NCBI RefSeq assembly: GCF_006345805.1
Contig: NC_043021.1
Span: 10,106,001-10,170,000, forward strand
Direction of reading: 5' to 3'
Length of the DNA: 64,000 nt
Source of the DNA: Octopus sinensis
Lineage: Eukaryota
Below, piece by piece: positions 49,378 through 63,569 of the stretch (positions are counted from its first letter, which is position 1; every line of letters starts with the position of its first letter). The position numbers were made by a program, and so were the translations under genes. Under the pieces are notes generated by a model. That model was not told the DNA's origin, ran no database searches, and worked only from the letters and a program-made list of their open reading frames with translations.

Positions 49378-50360
49378 GTGAGATTTGATGGACTTTTTTT
49401 TTGTGTCATTTTATTTACTTATTTATTTCATTGATAGAAAGAAAAGTAATTCATTTTCCTGTATTTAGCCATAGGAGTGGCTGTGTGGTAAGTAGCCTGC
49501 TTACGAACCACATTGCAGTGTTACTCAAGAAACAGGAAGAGAGAGTGAGAGAAAGTTGTGGCGAAAGAGTACACCACCTCCTGCTGGAGCCTCGTAGGGC
49601 TTTTTGGTGTTTTCGCTCAATAAACACACACAACGCCCGGTCTGGGAATCGAAATCGCGATCCTCCAACTGCGAGTCCGCTGCCCTAACCACTGGGCCAT
49701 TGCACCTCCACTGTTGGTAACGAAAGGGTTAACATAAAAGACTAGAGAACAGAGTGATTCGTTATCAGTTGTGTAAATCTTTTAATATTGATGTAATATT
49801 AACCCTTCAGCATTTAGATTATCCTACCAAATCTAACATTCATTCAGATTGTGCACAACTGGCACCCATGTTGGTGGCACGTAGAAAGCACTCACTACAC
49901 TCTCAGAGTGGTTGGCATTAGGAAGGGCATCCAGCCATAGAAACCATGCCAAATCAGATTGGAACCTTGTGCAGCTTCCCAGTTCTCCAGTCTTCAGTCA
50001 AACTGTCCAACCCATGCCAGCATGGAAAACGGACATTAATTGAAGATGATGATAGTGTTACTTTTGAATTTTTCCTGCGTTATCTTGATGCTTTCAGATT
50101 TCAATGATATAATAGTATATTATATGCGAGTACATATAATAGTCCCAAATATACATACATCAAATTTCGCAGTCCACCTCAACACATGTGTATTTGGTCA
50201 GTGTAGTACAGAGGTAAATAATGTGAATGGGTTATATTTAAAGCATAGAGAATAAAATCATTAAAATTAATGAATTTTATCAATGGCCAGCATATAAAAA
50301 CCTCTTAGGTAAAATACATTTATAGAGATATATAACTGTATAGGGTACAATTATACTTAA

Positions 50361-50636
<276 letters not shown>

Positions 50637-51888
50637 TAACAGTCTTTCTTCTTATTGTTGTATCTGATATTTCTGAAGCTCTTTGAAGCTCACTCATTTC
50701 ATCTCTTCTGTTTACTGTTTAGAAAGATTTGTCTGTAAGTTTTATTGGTAGACAATGTCAACTAAGAAAGTACTTGGCTGTAACTTTTAAGTAGTAGTTT
50801 TGTAAGAACAATGTTTACAGTTTATGGATCACTACAGACTTTGAGTCACCACTTGCCTGTAACCCAAACCCTGGTTTTGTGTTTTCAAGAGACAATGTCA
50901 TGCTCCAGTCTGTTTTATCATAGTTTCTATGGCGAGATGCCCTTCCTAACACCAACCACTTTATAGCATTTACTGGTTGCTTTTTTTGTGCCACCTGCAC
51001 TACTGAGGTTACTGCTACTGCTTGCAAGGGGATGGCTTTATGTTAGGAGACAACTGAGGTAAAAGTTTGAGGAAAGGGACCAGAGCAGAACAGGTTTCTT
51101 GCTGTAAAGTTGTTAGTAACATTTTAGAGAGAGATAGAGAAGCTGGAAAGTGCTAAAATGAGTCACATTGCGGTGTCTGGGCGGAAGTGAGTTGAGACAG
51201 GGGTATAGGTGGGGGTTGCAATAGTGTATGGGGGAGTGAGTAGTGAAGAATTGAAGTGGCCGACAACTGTAAAAATTGGGTAGGGGTGAAGGGTGGATGT
51301 AAGTGAATGGTAGATGTGGGATAGAGGGTAACTAATGGTGCATGAACTGGAGAAGTGGGAGATGACTGACTGCAGAAAAAATGGGAGTAGGAGGGCCGCA
51401 GAACTGCAAGGATTTATACAACAGAAAGGAGAATGATGAGAAAGAAATGGTAGGGTAGGTTGCAGGAGTATGTGCGTGGGTGGAAGGAACAGTGTTAACC
51501 CTTTTGTTGCCATATTCCTCTTGGTATACATTGCCTTTGTTTCAAGTAATTCTTTAGATCAGTGATGAATTTAGACAAAATAATTGTTATTTTAAGCTGG
51601 TGTTTGGAACATAAATGAACATGAAATTTTAATGATGGGTTTGAGGTTTGCATCACAGAAAAAGGGTTGGGGCCAGTTTCAGCTGGTCTTGGCATCAAAC
51701 GGGTTAATGGGTGAAGGATGAGTAACAGTGAAATGGTTTGAGGTAGTAAGCAAAATATGTAGTATCTAGGAAGAGCTGGGCTTTTGATAGGCTTCCAGGC
51801 AGGTTCAATGTCCCATGCTGTGGAATTGAACCTGGAATCACATAGTTGCAAAACAAGCTTGTTAACAACATGGCCATGTCTTCAGTGA

Positions 51889-52116
<228 letters not shown>

Positions 52117-52771
52117 TGATTATTTTCCTACTTTGTGTAGTGCTGCATGCGGAAGAGCGTGAATGATTGGATCGGCTGAGTCAGGTACTTAACACTAGAA
52201 GTACTGAGCAGTCATGTATGACTGTGTTTGTTTTTTACTTTTTAATCTCTATGGCTGTATTGAATGTGCAGTCATGAACATTATTTTATATAGGTGCAGG
52301 AGTGGCTGTGTGCTAAGTAACTTGCTTACGAACCACATAGTTCCGGGTTGAGTCCCACTGCGTGGCACCTTGAACAAGTGTCTTCTACTATAGCCTCGGT
52401 CCAACCAAAGCCTTGTAAGTGGATTTGGTATAGGGAAACTGAAAGAAGCCCGTCCTATATATGTATGTGTGTATATGTTTGTGTTTGTCCCCCCAACATT
52501 GCTTGACAACCGATGCTGGTGTGTTTATGTCCTTGTAACTTAGCGGTTTGGCAAAAGAGACCGATAGAATAAGTACTAGGCTTCCAAAGAATAAGTCCTG
52601 GGGTCGATTTGCTCGACTAAAGGCAGTGCTCCAGCATGGCTGCAGTCAAATGACTGAAACAAGTAAAAGAGTATATGTGTATATATGTATATATATTATG
52701 TAAATTTTTTCAATAAATGCTAAAATAAATCCTTTATTCACTGCATTAGCTTATATTTAAAATGAATTGTT

Positions 52772-54671
52772 ACTACTGATGCTATATTCCTGGTAAGGCA
52801 GCTGCAGGAGAAATACCTAGCCAAAGATAAGCCCCTGTACCTGGCTTTTGTTGACATGGAGAAAGCCTTCGACAGGGTCCCCCGATCCCTTATCTGGCGG
52901 GCAATGAGAAAACTAGGGATAGATGAATGGTTAGTGAGAGCTGTGCGGGCCATGTATAGGGACGCCGCTAGTAGGGTGAGGGTTGGAAATGAGTACAGTG
53001 AAGAATTCCGGGTAGAGGTAGGGGTCCACCAAGGCTCAGTACTCAGCCCCCTCCTATTTATCATAGTCCTCCAGGCAATAACGGAGGAATTCAAGACAGG
53101 ATGCCCTTGGGAGCTCCTCTATGCTGATGACCTTGCTCTAATTGCTGAGTCGCTATCAGAACTGGAGGAGAAGTTTCAGGTGTGGAAACAAGGATTAGAA
53201 TCGAAGGGCCTCAGAGTCAATCTAGCTAAAACCAAAGTCGTAATCAGTAGGAAGGTAGACAAATCACAAACACCTTCAGGTAGATGGCCCTGCTCGATCT
53301 GTAGAAAAGGTGTAGGTAGAAACTCTATAAGATGCACCAAGTGTAAGCTATGGACACATAAGAGATGCAGCAATGTCAAAGGAAGGCTAACTAGGAAGAT
53401 GGTTTTTGTATGTGGCAGATGCTCAGGAACAATAAACACTGAAAATGCTCTGAGACCAACTTCCGTCACTTTCCAGGAGAAAAACTAGAATAGTTGATAG
53501 TTTCCGTTACCTAGGTGACCAAGTCAGCAGCGGGGGCGGGTGTGCTGAAAGTGTAACTGCTAGAGTAAGAATAGCTTGGGCAAAGTTGAGAGAGCTCTTA
53601 CCTCTGCTGGTGACAAAAGGCCTCTCGCACAGAGTGAAAGGCAGACTGTATGATGCGTGTGTACGAACAGCCATGCTACATGGTAGTGAAACATGGGCCG
53701 TGACTGCTGAGGATATGCGTAAGCTTGCTAGAAATGAAGCCAGTATGCTCCGATGGATGTGTAATGCCGGTACTCACACTCGGCAGAGTGTAAGTACCTT
53801 GAGAGAAAAGCTGGACCTAAGAAGCATCAGTTGTGGTGTGCAAGAGAGACGTTTGCGCTGGTATGGTCATGTGGCGAGAATGGATGAAGATAGTTGTGTG
53901 AAAAAGTGCCACACCCTAGCGGTTGAGGGAACCTGTGGAAGAGGCAGACCCAGGAAAACCTGGGACGAGGTGGTGAAGCACGACCTTCGAACTTTAGGTC
54001 TCACTGAGGAAATGACTAGAGACCGAGACCTCTGGAAGTGTGCTGTGCGCGAGAAGACCCGGCAGGACAAGTGAGTCCACAACCCGTGGCCTTCTCTACA
54101 TGGGATGGAGCCAGCCTACGTATGCATACCTTCCCTTCTTGGGACACAAAACTCTACTTGTGAAGACGTGTTGAGGCAAGTGAGGATCAGAATCGAAATC
54201 GATCAATGGAAATTGCGGATGTGCTACCAGTGCCGGTGGCATGTTGAAACTCTGCTTGTGAAGACCCATTGAGGCAAGTGAGGATCAGAATCGAAATCGA
54301 TCAATGGAAATTGCAGATGTGTTACCAGTGCCGGTGGCATAAGAGAACTTTCCGTTTCGCAACCGTTGCCAGCACCGCCCCGTTTCGTGTCCGTTGCCAG
54401 CCTCGCCTGGCCCTCGTGCCGGTGGCACATAAAAAGCACCATCCGTTCGTGGCCGTTTGCCAGCTCTGTCTGGCACCAGTGCGGGTGGCACGTAAAAAGC
54501 ACCCACTACACTCACGGAGTGGTTGGCGTTAGGAAGGGCATCCAGCCGTAGAAACACTGCCAGATTTGACTGGGCCTGATGAAGCCTTCTGGCTTCACAG
54601 ACCCCAGTAGAACCGTCCAACCCATGCTAGCATGGAAAACGGACGCTAAATGATGATGATGATGATGATGA
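52772..54671 (+). mobile_element. Young 5'-truncated RTE-clade LINE (RT with PHD-finger insertion, 3' UTR, (GAT)n tail) in a GMPS intron
   Basis: TTDAIFLVRQLQEKY...FVDMEKAFDRVP...GVHQGSVLSPLLF...LLYADDL. Two apparent 1-nt deletions near 53473-53490 shift the frame to 53586-54074. About 98-bp tandem duplication in the 3' UTR (54149-54340). The same 3' tail recurs at about 8770, 26050, 32575, 42020, 44020, 44920, 49855, 55335, 56355 and 60100. Confidence 0.95.
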
Positions 54672-55752
54672 TTAGATAAAGATTTTCAACACCAGTCAAA
54701 AATGACCGCTACGATCCTTGTAGGAAGTAAGAAATATTGGTATTTCTTGTGTTAATGGACCAGCTGATAAGTCAGCAGTTCAATCCCAGCCTCTGGCACT
54801 CTGTTGTGACCATGGCTAAAGCGTTACATGAATATATTTCATTAACATCAACATCTAACGTCTGTTTTTCTTGCTGGCATGAGTTGGACGGCTTGACTAG
54901 AACTGGCAAAGCCAGGAGTTGTACCACGTACCACGGTCAGTTTTGGCTTGGTTTCTACAGCTGGATGTCTCTCCTAATACCAACCACACTCCACAGAATG
55001 TACTGGGTGCTTTTTACATGGTACCATCATCAGTGCTTTTTATATGGTACTTTGGTTTTAGGATCTCAACTCTGTTGTGGTGGGCTGGTCTTCTTGAGCA
55101 CAGCAGTGCACCACATATCTCAGTTCTCTCATGTAAACTGTAAGTTGGTACCATAAGGTAATAGAGTTCATTTAGATGTAAGCAGCTTCTGCTTGATAGT
55201 ACAGCCCACCAAGCTTAGCTGTAAGTTGTCACCTTGGTGGTTTCATTCAGTAGTAAGCAGGTACTACAGGTTGGTAGTCACCTAAGCTAATTTAATTAGC
55301 TGCACAACTTTCCCTTTTTTAGGCTAAAGCTTTCATCATCATCATCATCGTTTAACGTCCGTTTTCCGTGCTAGCATGGGTTGGACGGTTCGACCGGGGT
55401 CTGGGAAGCCAGGAGGCTGCACCAGGCTCCAGTCTGATCTGGCAGTGTTTCTACAGCTGGATGCCCTTCCTAAAGCCAGCCACTCCGTGAGTGTAGTGGG
55501 TGCTTTTTACGTGCCACCGGCACAGGTGTCAGGGGAGGCTGGCAGCGGCTACGATCGGTTGGTGCTTTTTTATGTACCACCGGCACAGAAGCCAGTCAAT
55601 ATTAAATTTAACCAAATGAAGTATGAAAGATTACATAAACTGAAATAAACTTTATATTGCAAAAGATTGAGAAGTTTATCCTTACAAAATCTATTAAACA
55701 TGCTGTAAAATATGAGTATTCTACAGGGTCTAATGTTTGCCTTGTTTTTCAG

Positions 55753-55850
55753 ATGATGAACAAAGAATTTAATGGTACAGTGGTGAAGAAGGAGTCCAAA
55801 GAAGACGGACAGTTAAAAGTTACTGTTGATTCAAAATGTCCCATTTTCAA
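55753..55850 (+). CDS. GMPS: GMP synthase exon: [33 protein letters not shown]
   Basis: ttcAG / AA|GTAAA. Human MMNKVFGGTVHKKSVREDGVFNISVDNTCSLFR. Confidence 0.96.
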
Positions 55851-57283
55851 GTAAATATATATGACATACTTTTCTTGTTCCTTGTGTGTGCATATACGTA
55901 GTTGCTTATTTGTGTTTGTGTGAATATGTATGTATGTATGTATGTATGAGTGAATGTGCATGGTTGAGTGTTTAGAGTGTTGGGCTCACAATCATGAGGT
56001 AGGGAATTTGATTTCTGGACTGGGCTGTGTGTTCTGTTCTTGAGCAAGACACTTTATTTCTTGTTGCTCTAGTTCACTCAGCTGTAGAAATGAGTTGCAA
56101 TGTCACTGGTTCCAAGCTGTATTGGCCTTTCCCTTGGATAACACTGGTGGCATGGAGAAGGGAGGTTGGTATGCATGGGTGACTGCTGGTCTTCCATAAA
56201 AACAACCATGCTCAGACTTGTGCTTCAGAGGGGAACTTTCTAGGTGCAATCCCATGGTCATTCATGACCGAATGGGGTCTCTACCCTACACATACATGCA
56301 TATATGTGCATGTATGTATATATGTATGTGCATCTGTGTGTGTGTGTATGTATATCATCATTTAACGTCCATTATCCATGTGGCAATGGTTGGATGGTTT
56401 GACCAGGCTGGCATGTTGGAAGACTACATCAGACTCCAATCTGATTGGGCGTGGTTTGCTACGACTGGATGCTCTTCCTAACGCCAACCACTCTGAGAGT
56501 GTAATGGGTGCTTTTATGTGCCACCAGCATGACGCCAGTATCTGCTATGACTGCAACTTTGCTTGGCTTGACAGGTCTTCTTCTCAAGCTTGAGAAGGTG
56601 CTATGCAGTGGGACTGAACACAGAACCAAGCTACTTACCACACACCCATGCACCTATGTGGACATTTTTTTCAGGACAGTGGAATGGCAAATATTGAGGA
56701 ATTAAGAACATGCATGAGGAACTGTGATGGATGGTGTGTTTGCATGAAATTATTGAAGCATCTGGGAAGACAGCCAAATTGAAGTCAGCCTTGCTTTTCA
56801 TTTATTCAGGAGTTGGTATCATAAAAAGTACCAAACCAGAGAAGTAAGTAAGCAAAACTGTAAGAACATCAGAATGGATTCTTTTTAGTGTTCTGGATTT
56901 TACATTCTGAATTCAAATCCAACTGAAAGTTAGACTTTATCTGTCTCCCATTTTATCATCTCACCTGATGTCTTGTGTACCTTTAGCCAAGTCCACTCTT
57001 TTGCAAGTACTTGGAACAGATTTCTGGTTTGAGGATACCTTCTCTCTCTTTCACTTGTATTTTAGGCTCTCTGAAGGGGTCACGGGCACGGCTTTCCCTC
57101 CTGAGTAAAAGGAGAGAAACATGAGGGGTCCACATTATTAATCGCAAATAATTGGTCTGGGGTCGGAAAGGGTTGGTTTTATTTGCAATTTTATTCAGAG
57201 AGTGTGGTTGATTCTTGTTGGTGTTTGATTTGGTCTTTTCTGGTGTGAACTGAAAAGCTTATTACATCTTTTTCTCCTTTTAG

Positions 57284-57387
57284 GGGTCTGGCAAGTGAGC
57301 AGCAAGTGTTGCTGACCCATGGTGACAGCATTGACAAAATAGCAGATGGATTCAAAGCTGTGGCACATTCAGGGAATATTACTGCTG
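57284..57387 (+). CDS. GMPS: GMP synthase exon: GLASEQQVLLTHGDSIDKIADGFKAVAHSGNITA
   Basis: tttAG / G|GTGAG. Contains the THGDS motif. Confidence 0.97.
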
Positions 57388-57621
57388 GTGAGTGTGTTGA
57401 CAATATATATACGTGTATAAAATAGTCTTTTATTCTTTTAGTCATTTGACTGCGGCCTTGCTGGTGTACCGAATTACATAGTTTTAGTCAAAGAAATCAA
57501 CCCTAGGACTTTTTCTTTGTATGCCTAGTACTTATCCTATCAGTCTCTTTTGCCAAACTGCTAAGTAATAGGGACAGCATTGGTTGTCAATGGTTGGGGG
57601 GACAAACGCAGAAACAAAGAT

Positions 57622-58039
57622 ACACACACATGACAGGCTTCTTTCAGTTTCCGTCTACCAAATCTACTCACAAGGCTTTGGTTGACCCAAGGCTATTGTA
57701 GAAGACACTTGCTCAAGGTGTCACGCAGTGGGTCTGAACCCAGGACCATGTGGCTCATAAGGAAGCTACTTACCACACAGCCACTCCTATGCCTATATAT
57801 ATATCGTTTAGCGTCCATAGTCCAACCCATGCTAGCATGGAAAGCGGACACTAAACGATATATATATAGGCATAGGAGTGGCTGTGTGGTAAGTAGCTTC
57901 CTTATGAGCCACATGGTTCCGGGTTCAGACCCACTGCGTGACACTTGGGCAAGTGTCTTCTACTATAGCCTTGGGTCAACCAAAGCCTTGTGAGTAGATT
58001 TGGTAGACGGAAACTGAAAGAAGCCTGTCGTGTGTGTGT

Positions 58040-58040
<1 letters not shown>
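57622..58040. repeat. Inverted duplication of a SINE-A head (about 195-bp arms, 29-nt loop) in a GMPS intron
   Basis: 57622-57816 is inverted at 57846-58040 with about 5-6 differences. Confidence 0.92.
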
Positions 58041-58105
<65 letters not shown>

Positions 58106-58594
58106 TTGTCATGGTATTTCATTCTGTATGAGGTATAGTTTTCATTGTTTCATAAATTACTGGTACATCCTGAGTTATACTGTAAAATGTAACTCGGATG
58201 TAACAAAAATATCCTTGGTTTTGTTTTCTTTTTCTTTGATATTTTCAAGTTTTATTTTATATATTTTCTTTTCCTTAATTTCCAGTTTTCATTTTTTTTT
58301 TGTTTTTCTTATGAAGTTTAGTTTAATCCTGGGTCAACCCTGATTGAGCACACCTATGATCAAAAGCATTCAAACTATGGTCATCCTGCTAGTTATTTTC
58401 TTTCTAGATACATTATTCAGTGTCACATTTTTTTCTAAGACAGTATGATGTGATTTGAAGAAAATTTGGTTGCTATTTCTAGCAAGTTGAGTGACTACAT
58501 TGAGGCCTTACTTGTTTTAGCTTATTTGACTCTTCTTGTTGCTATAATTATTGTTGGTATTGTTATTAAAATTATTGCTGTTGTTGTTCTGTAG

Positions 58595-58788
58595 CTATCA
58601 GCAACGAGAAGTCCCAGCTGTACGGTGTACAGTTTCACCCCGAAGTTGACCAAACTGACTGTGGCAAGCAAATGCTACAGAACTTTCTGTATGATGTGGC
58701 TGAATGCAAAGGAACGTACACCATGAAGTGCCGTGAGACGTCTTGTATAGATTACATATGTTCGACAGTGGGATCACACAAAGTACTG
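58595..58788 (+). CDS. GMPS: GMP synthase exon with His-Glu of the GATase triad: ISNEKSQLYGVQFHPEVD...VGSHKVL
   Basis: tgtAG / CTG|GTAGG, 2+192 nt. Contains QFHPE. Confidence 0.98.
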
Positions 58789-59831
58789 GTAGGTACCCCT
58801 CGCGTCTATTCTACCTTGTATAGATATATTCTATAGTGCAGCGGTCCCCAATCTTTTTTGCACCAAGGACCAGTTTCCCTACAGATGGAGATGACAAAGG
58901 GCTGTGATATCTGGCACTTGGCTGTATTCAAGAGGACCTGTCTTCCACAGCAGAAGTGTTAATGTGGCGAGCTGGCAGAAACGTTAGCATGCGGGGCGAA
59001 GGCAGCGAGCTGGCAGAAATGTTAGCATGCTGGGCGAAATGCTTAGCGGTATTTTGTCTGCCATTACGTTCTGAGTTCAAATTCCGCCGAGGTCGACTTT
59101 GCTTTTCATCCTTTCGGGGTCGATAAATTAATTACCAGTTATGCACTGGAATCGAGGCAATCGATTTAATCCGTTTGTCTGTCCTTATTTGTCCCCTCTA
59201 TGTTTAGCCCCTTGTGGGCAATAAAGAAATAAGAAACGTTAGCATGCCGGGAGAAATGCTTAGCGGTATTTCGTCTGCCATTACGTTCTGAGTTCAAATT
59301 CTGCCGAGGTCAACTTTGCCTTTCATCCTTTCGGGGTTGATAAATTAAGTACCAATTACGTACTGGGGTCGATGTAATTGACTTAATCCCCTTGTCCTTG
59401 TTTGTCCCCTCTATATTTAGCTCAAAACACTATGTTTTCGCTCAATAAACACACACAATGCCCGGTCTGGGAATCGAAACCGTGATCCTCCGACCATAAG
59501 TCCGCTGCCCTAACCACTGGGCCATTGCGCCTCCAATTATTACATATATAATGCAAAAACACCCTGTTGACTGTGATAGTCAATAAGATAGAAATAAATT
59601 ATTTATTGTTTTTGTGGGACCTGGTACCTAAATGATGCATGGTCCTATACAGGTCTGTGGCCCTACTCTAGCAAGATGACAGAGTACTCTTGATGGGTAC
59701 TCTTGATGTCTGTCTGTCTTGAATAAATTACCTATTTGATGTGTGTATCATTCTTCTCTCTAATCTTAATTTTGATGTTGATATTAATAATGCTGCTGCT
59801 GTTTCATAATGTTTGTTATTTCGATTGTCAG

Positions 59832-59997
59832 ATATTGCTGAGTGGCGGAGTTGATTCCACGGTGTGTGCTGCCTTGCTCAACAAAGCCTTGAATGAAGAC
59901 CAGGTGATTGCCATTCACATTGACAATGGTTTCATGAGGAAGAATGAAAGCAAACAGGTTGAAGAGTCTCTTTCCAGAATTGGGGTGAAGGTCAAAG
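59832..59997 (+). CDS. GMPS: GMP synthase exon with PP-loop: ILLSGGVDSTVCAALLNKAL...HIDNGFMRKNES...VKVK
   Basis: gtcAG / AAAG|GTCAG. Contains SGGVDS and IDNGFMRK motifs. Confidence 0.98.
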
Positions 59998-62564
59998 GTC
60001 AGAATTGTCAAACATTGTCGTCGTCGTCGTCGTTGTTGTTGTCGTTAGAATCAGTGGGCAGTGGGTTGGCAGAATTGTTAAAGAGTCAGACAAAGTACTT
60101 TCATCATCATCATCATCATCGTTTAACGTCCGTTTTCCGCGCTAGCACGGGTTGGACGGTTCGACCGGGGTCTGGGAAGCCAGGGGCTGCTCCAGGCTCC
60201 AGTCTGATCTGGCAGAGTTTCTACGGCTGGATGCCCTTCCTAACGCCAACCACTCCGCGAGTGTAGTGGGTGCTTTTTACGTGCCACCTGCACCGGGGGG
60301 GGGGAGTCCGGCATCGGTCACGATCGGTAGGAGCTTTTAACGTACCAGCGGCACGTACCAGCTTTTAACGTACCAGCTGGCAACGTTCGGATGGTCTTTT
60401 TATGTGACACCGGCACAGGAGCCAGTCGGGGCAGCGCTGGCGTGGTATTTAATTACAAACCTGTATATTCTGAGTTCAAATCCTGACTAGATAAACTTTA
60501 CCTTTCATCCTTCTAGTGGTCAGTAAGATAAACTGCCAGTAAAGTTTTTTTGGTCAGACAATTAGGGTCTCAGGGAGTAGCATCCCTGCCTTCTTGTGCT
60601 AGTTTTCCACCACATTTCTTAAAAATCGTGTTTGAGGCCTTGGTCTTAGGACCACTCATGTCTAGAAACTGAGGTTGTGGGTAAGCAAGGGCATACTCCC
60701 CATTGAAAATCCAGGTCCAAAAAAGCCTCGTGATAGCAAAGGCGAATGGGCACTAACCAGCCTAAGGGTTGGGGTGGGCTGCACCTTCCTACCTTGGTTG
60801 CTATGGCATTGAGGTAGATCCAGCCACCCCCGTTAACGGGGACAAAAGCCAGATTTGAAAAACACTGGATGATCATGATGATGATGTCCAGTACCCATGC
60901 TGAAGACCCATAGCTAATATCTGATTCAGTGACCACTTTAAAGAAATCCTTCTTGATGCTGTTAGGAAGGAAGGACTTCTGAGTCTGTCTAATAAAGTAC
61001 TGTAGTCAATTTAATCAACTAATTCCTCCCTCCAAATGTTAGGAACCATTACTATAATTATTGGGTGGGATAGGTGAAGGTGAAAGGGTAGAAATAGTAG
61101 AGTCGAAAATATATTGACATATTTAATTTTGTCTCGTCACATTCTGAGTTCAAATCCATGGAAGTCAGTTTTGTCTTTCATCCTTCTGAATTCTATAAAA
61201 TAAAGCACAGGAACCAATGTAATCGACTGCGTTCTAATATGGTCACAGTCCAGTGACTTGAACCAGTAAAGAGAACCCAAATGACTTCAGCAAGTAGTTG
61301 TTGGGGTAGGAGGAGGTGCTGGTATGATTTGACCTTACAAAGACAACTTTGTATACACTACAGCAATCCAGGCCGTTAACCATTGCCCCACCCTATTTTC
61401 TAATGAAATACAAATTTGAAAATAATAATTTGGAGAAATTTAGTTAAAACTAATTAACTTTATCGTTATTGAAACTGGAATTTGTAATAAAACTTTGTTC
61501 TTATGAATCAATGAAGGAGCCTCTGCGTGGTTACTAGAAATAGCAAAGAAATCTCCCTCAAATTCCACTTAATTATCTTGAAAAGAGAGTGGCACTGTGG
61601 AAAGTGTAGTCCTATATGCAATGCCTAAGAGAAAGATGGGTTGGTCATATTTGGAATACCTGTTGATCATAAGATTTGCTCATTTAAAGCTGACAACGAT
61701 GAAGGTTCTTCAATAATTATGAGGAAAGAGGGGAATTTTTCTTTTAATTCTAAATATGGTTATATTTGGTAGCAGTGAAAATTTCAAAACCTCACAGTCC
61801 TATAACTCTTTTACTTTTTTCAGTCATTTGACTGTGACCATACTGGAGCACTGCCTTTTAGTCGAGCAAATTGACCCCAGGACTTATTCTTTGCAAGCCT
61901 AGAACTTATTCTATCAGTCTCATTTGCCGAACCGCTAAGTTACGGGGATGTAAGCACACCAGCATCGGTTGTCAAGCGATCTTGGGGGAACAAACACAAA
62001 CACACAAACACACACATATACGATGGGCTTCTTTCAGTTTCCATCTACCAAATCCACTCCCAAGGCCATAGTAGAAGACACTTGCTCAAGGTGCGACGCA
62101 GTGGGACTGAACTGGGAACCATGTGGTTCGTAAGCAAGCTACTTATAATTGATAAAAAAAAATGCATTACAAACAGAATTTTCTTGTATTAATTCTTTAA
62201 ATTTCATGGTCCATTCCAATAATGATCTACCAAAAAAAAAAAAAAACAGAATTGGTATTTTCTGCAAGTCATGTTGCCTCAATAAACTTTACATAAAGGC
62301 AGTGCTCCAGCATGGCCACAGTCAAATGACTGAAACAGACAAAATAGTTTCAAAACATGACATTCTTCCACAAAAGATAGATATTGGTATAATATATAAA
62401 AACTGCTTTCTGTAGTAAAAGGTAATGGCATTTCAAATGGAGATATCTGATTTCTGCAGTAAAAGGGTTAGGCATTAAAAATAAACTAGAAATACTTAAA
62501 TATGCTTCCCACTTTTTGGGTCTTTGTTACCATTCCTGCTTCTTTTTCTTTTCTTGAACCACAG

Positions 62565-62716
62565 TGGTAAGAGCTGCTCACACATTCTACAACTCAACCA
62601 CCTCCATTCCTATAGACAGCACAGATCCAAATTCTTGTAAGAAAAAGACCAACATGTTAAACTGCATAACCAACCCAGAGGAAAAACGGAAAATTATTGG
62701 TGATACATTTATGAAG
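62565..62716 (+). CDS. GMPS: GMP synthase exon: VVRAAHTFYNSTT...TNPEEKRKIIGDTFMK
   Basis: cacAG / AAG|GTAAA. Human ...SPEEKRKIIGDTFVK. Confidence 0.97.
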
Positions 62717-63508
62717 GTAAAAGTTTGTTGCTATTATTATTAACCCTTTTGTTACTGTATTTATTTTGAGATGCTTTGTGTTTCTTTCAATTACTTTAAA
62801 TATAACAAAGAATTTAGTAAAATAACTTAGTTATCATTCAGCTAGTATTAGGAACATAAATTGTGACTAAGGCTTGGTGGAAGATTTTAATTCAGAACTT
62901 TTGAAAACAAGGCATTTGTACTACAGAGCCAGAGCCGGTTTCAGCGGGGTTGGTAACAAAAGGGTTAGGGCAGCGAGCTGATAGAACCATTAGCATGCCA
63001 GGCAAAATGCTTAGCGTTTTGTCTGTCTTCATGTTCTGAGTTCAAATTCTGCTGAGGTCAGCTTTGCCCTTCATCCTTTTGGGGTCAATAAGTACCAGTT
63101 GGGTACTGGGGTTGATGTAAGCGACTAACCTCCTCCCTTGAAATTGCTGGCCTTGTGCCAAAATTTGAGATGAACATCATCATCAATCATCACCATCATC
63201 AATCCCTCCCTAAGACAAGTGAGATGGAGTCATATCAGCGCTGATTTCAGACTTAATTAATCTTCATTAGTGACCCATTATTCCATTGCCGAGGGTTAAA
63301 GAACTTAACTCACCTTATCAGCCGTATAGAGAACACCTAAAGAAACAATATATATACACACACATACATGTATAACACACACGCATATATGCACAAATCT
63401 TTATATACATACATATATACAGTAGTCCCCTCCCCCAATGCAATATTTTCCTGTAACCCCTTTCCTATTTTGAAAAGATGCTCTAATCAATTTTTCGTAC
63501 CTTTTCAG

Positions 63509-63569
63509 GTGGCTACTGATGTCATCGAAGAATTAAATCTCAAACCACATGAAGTTTACCTTGGTCAAG
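63509..63569 (+). CDS. GMPS: GMP synthase exon: VATDVIEELNLKPHEVYLGQG (gene continues beyond the window)
   Basis: ttcAG / AAG|GTAAG. Human IANEVIGEMNLKPEEVFLAQG. Confidence 0.96.

Noticed and set aside
59736-60266. 176-aa ORF as a stand-alone gene (likewise 50385-50639, 51889-52119, 55657-55854, 63368-63640)
   Set aside because: Only the internal GMPS exon is real. The rest is intron read-through.
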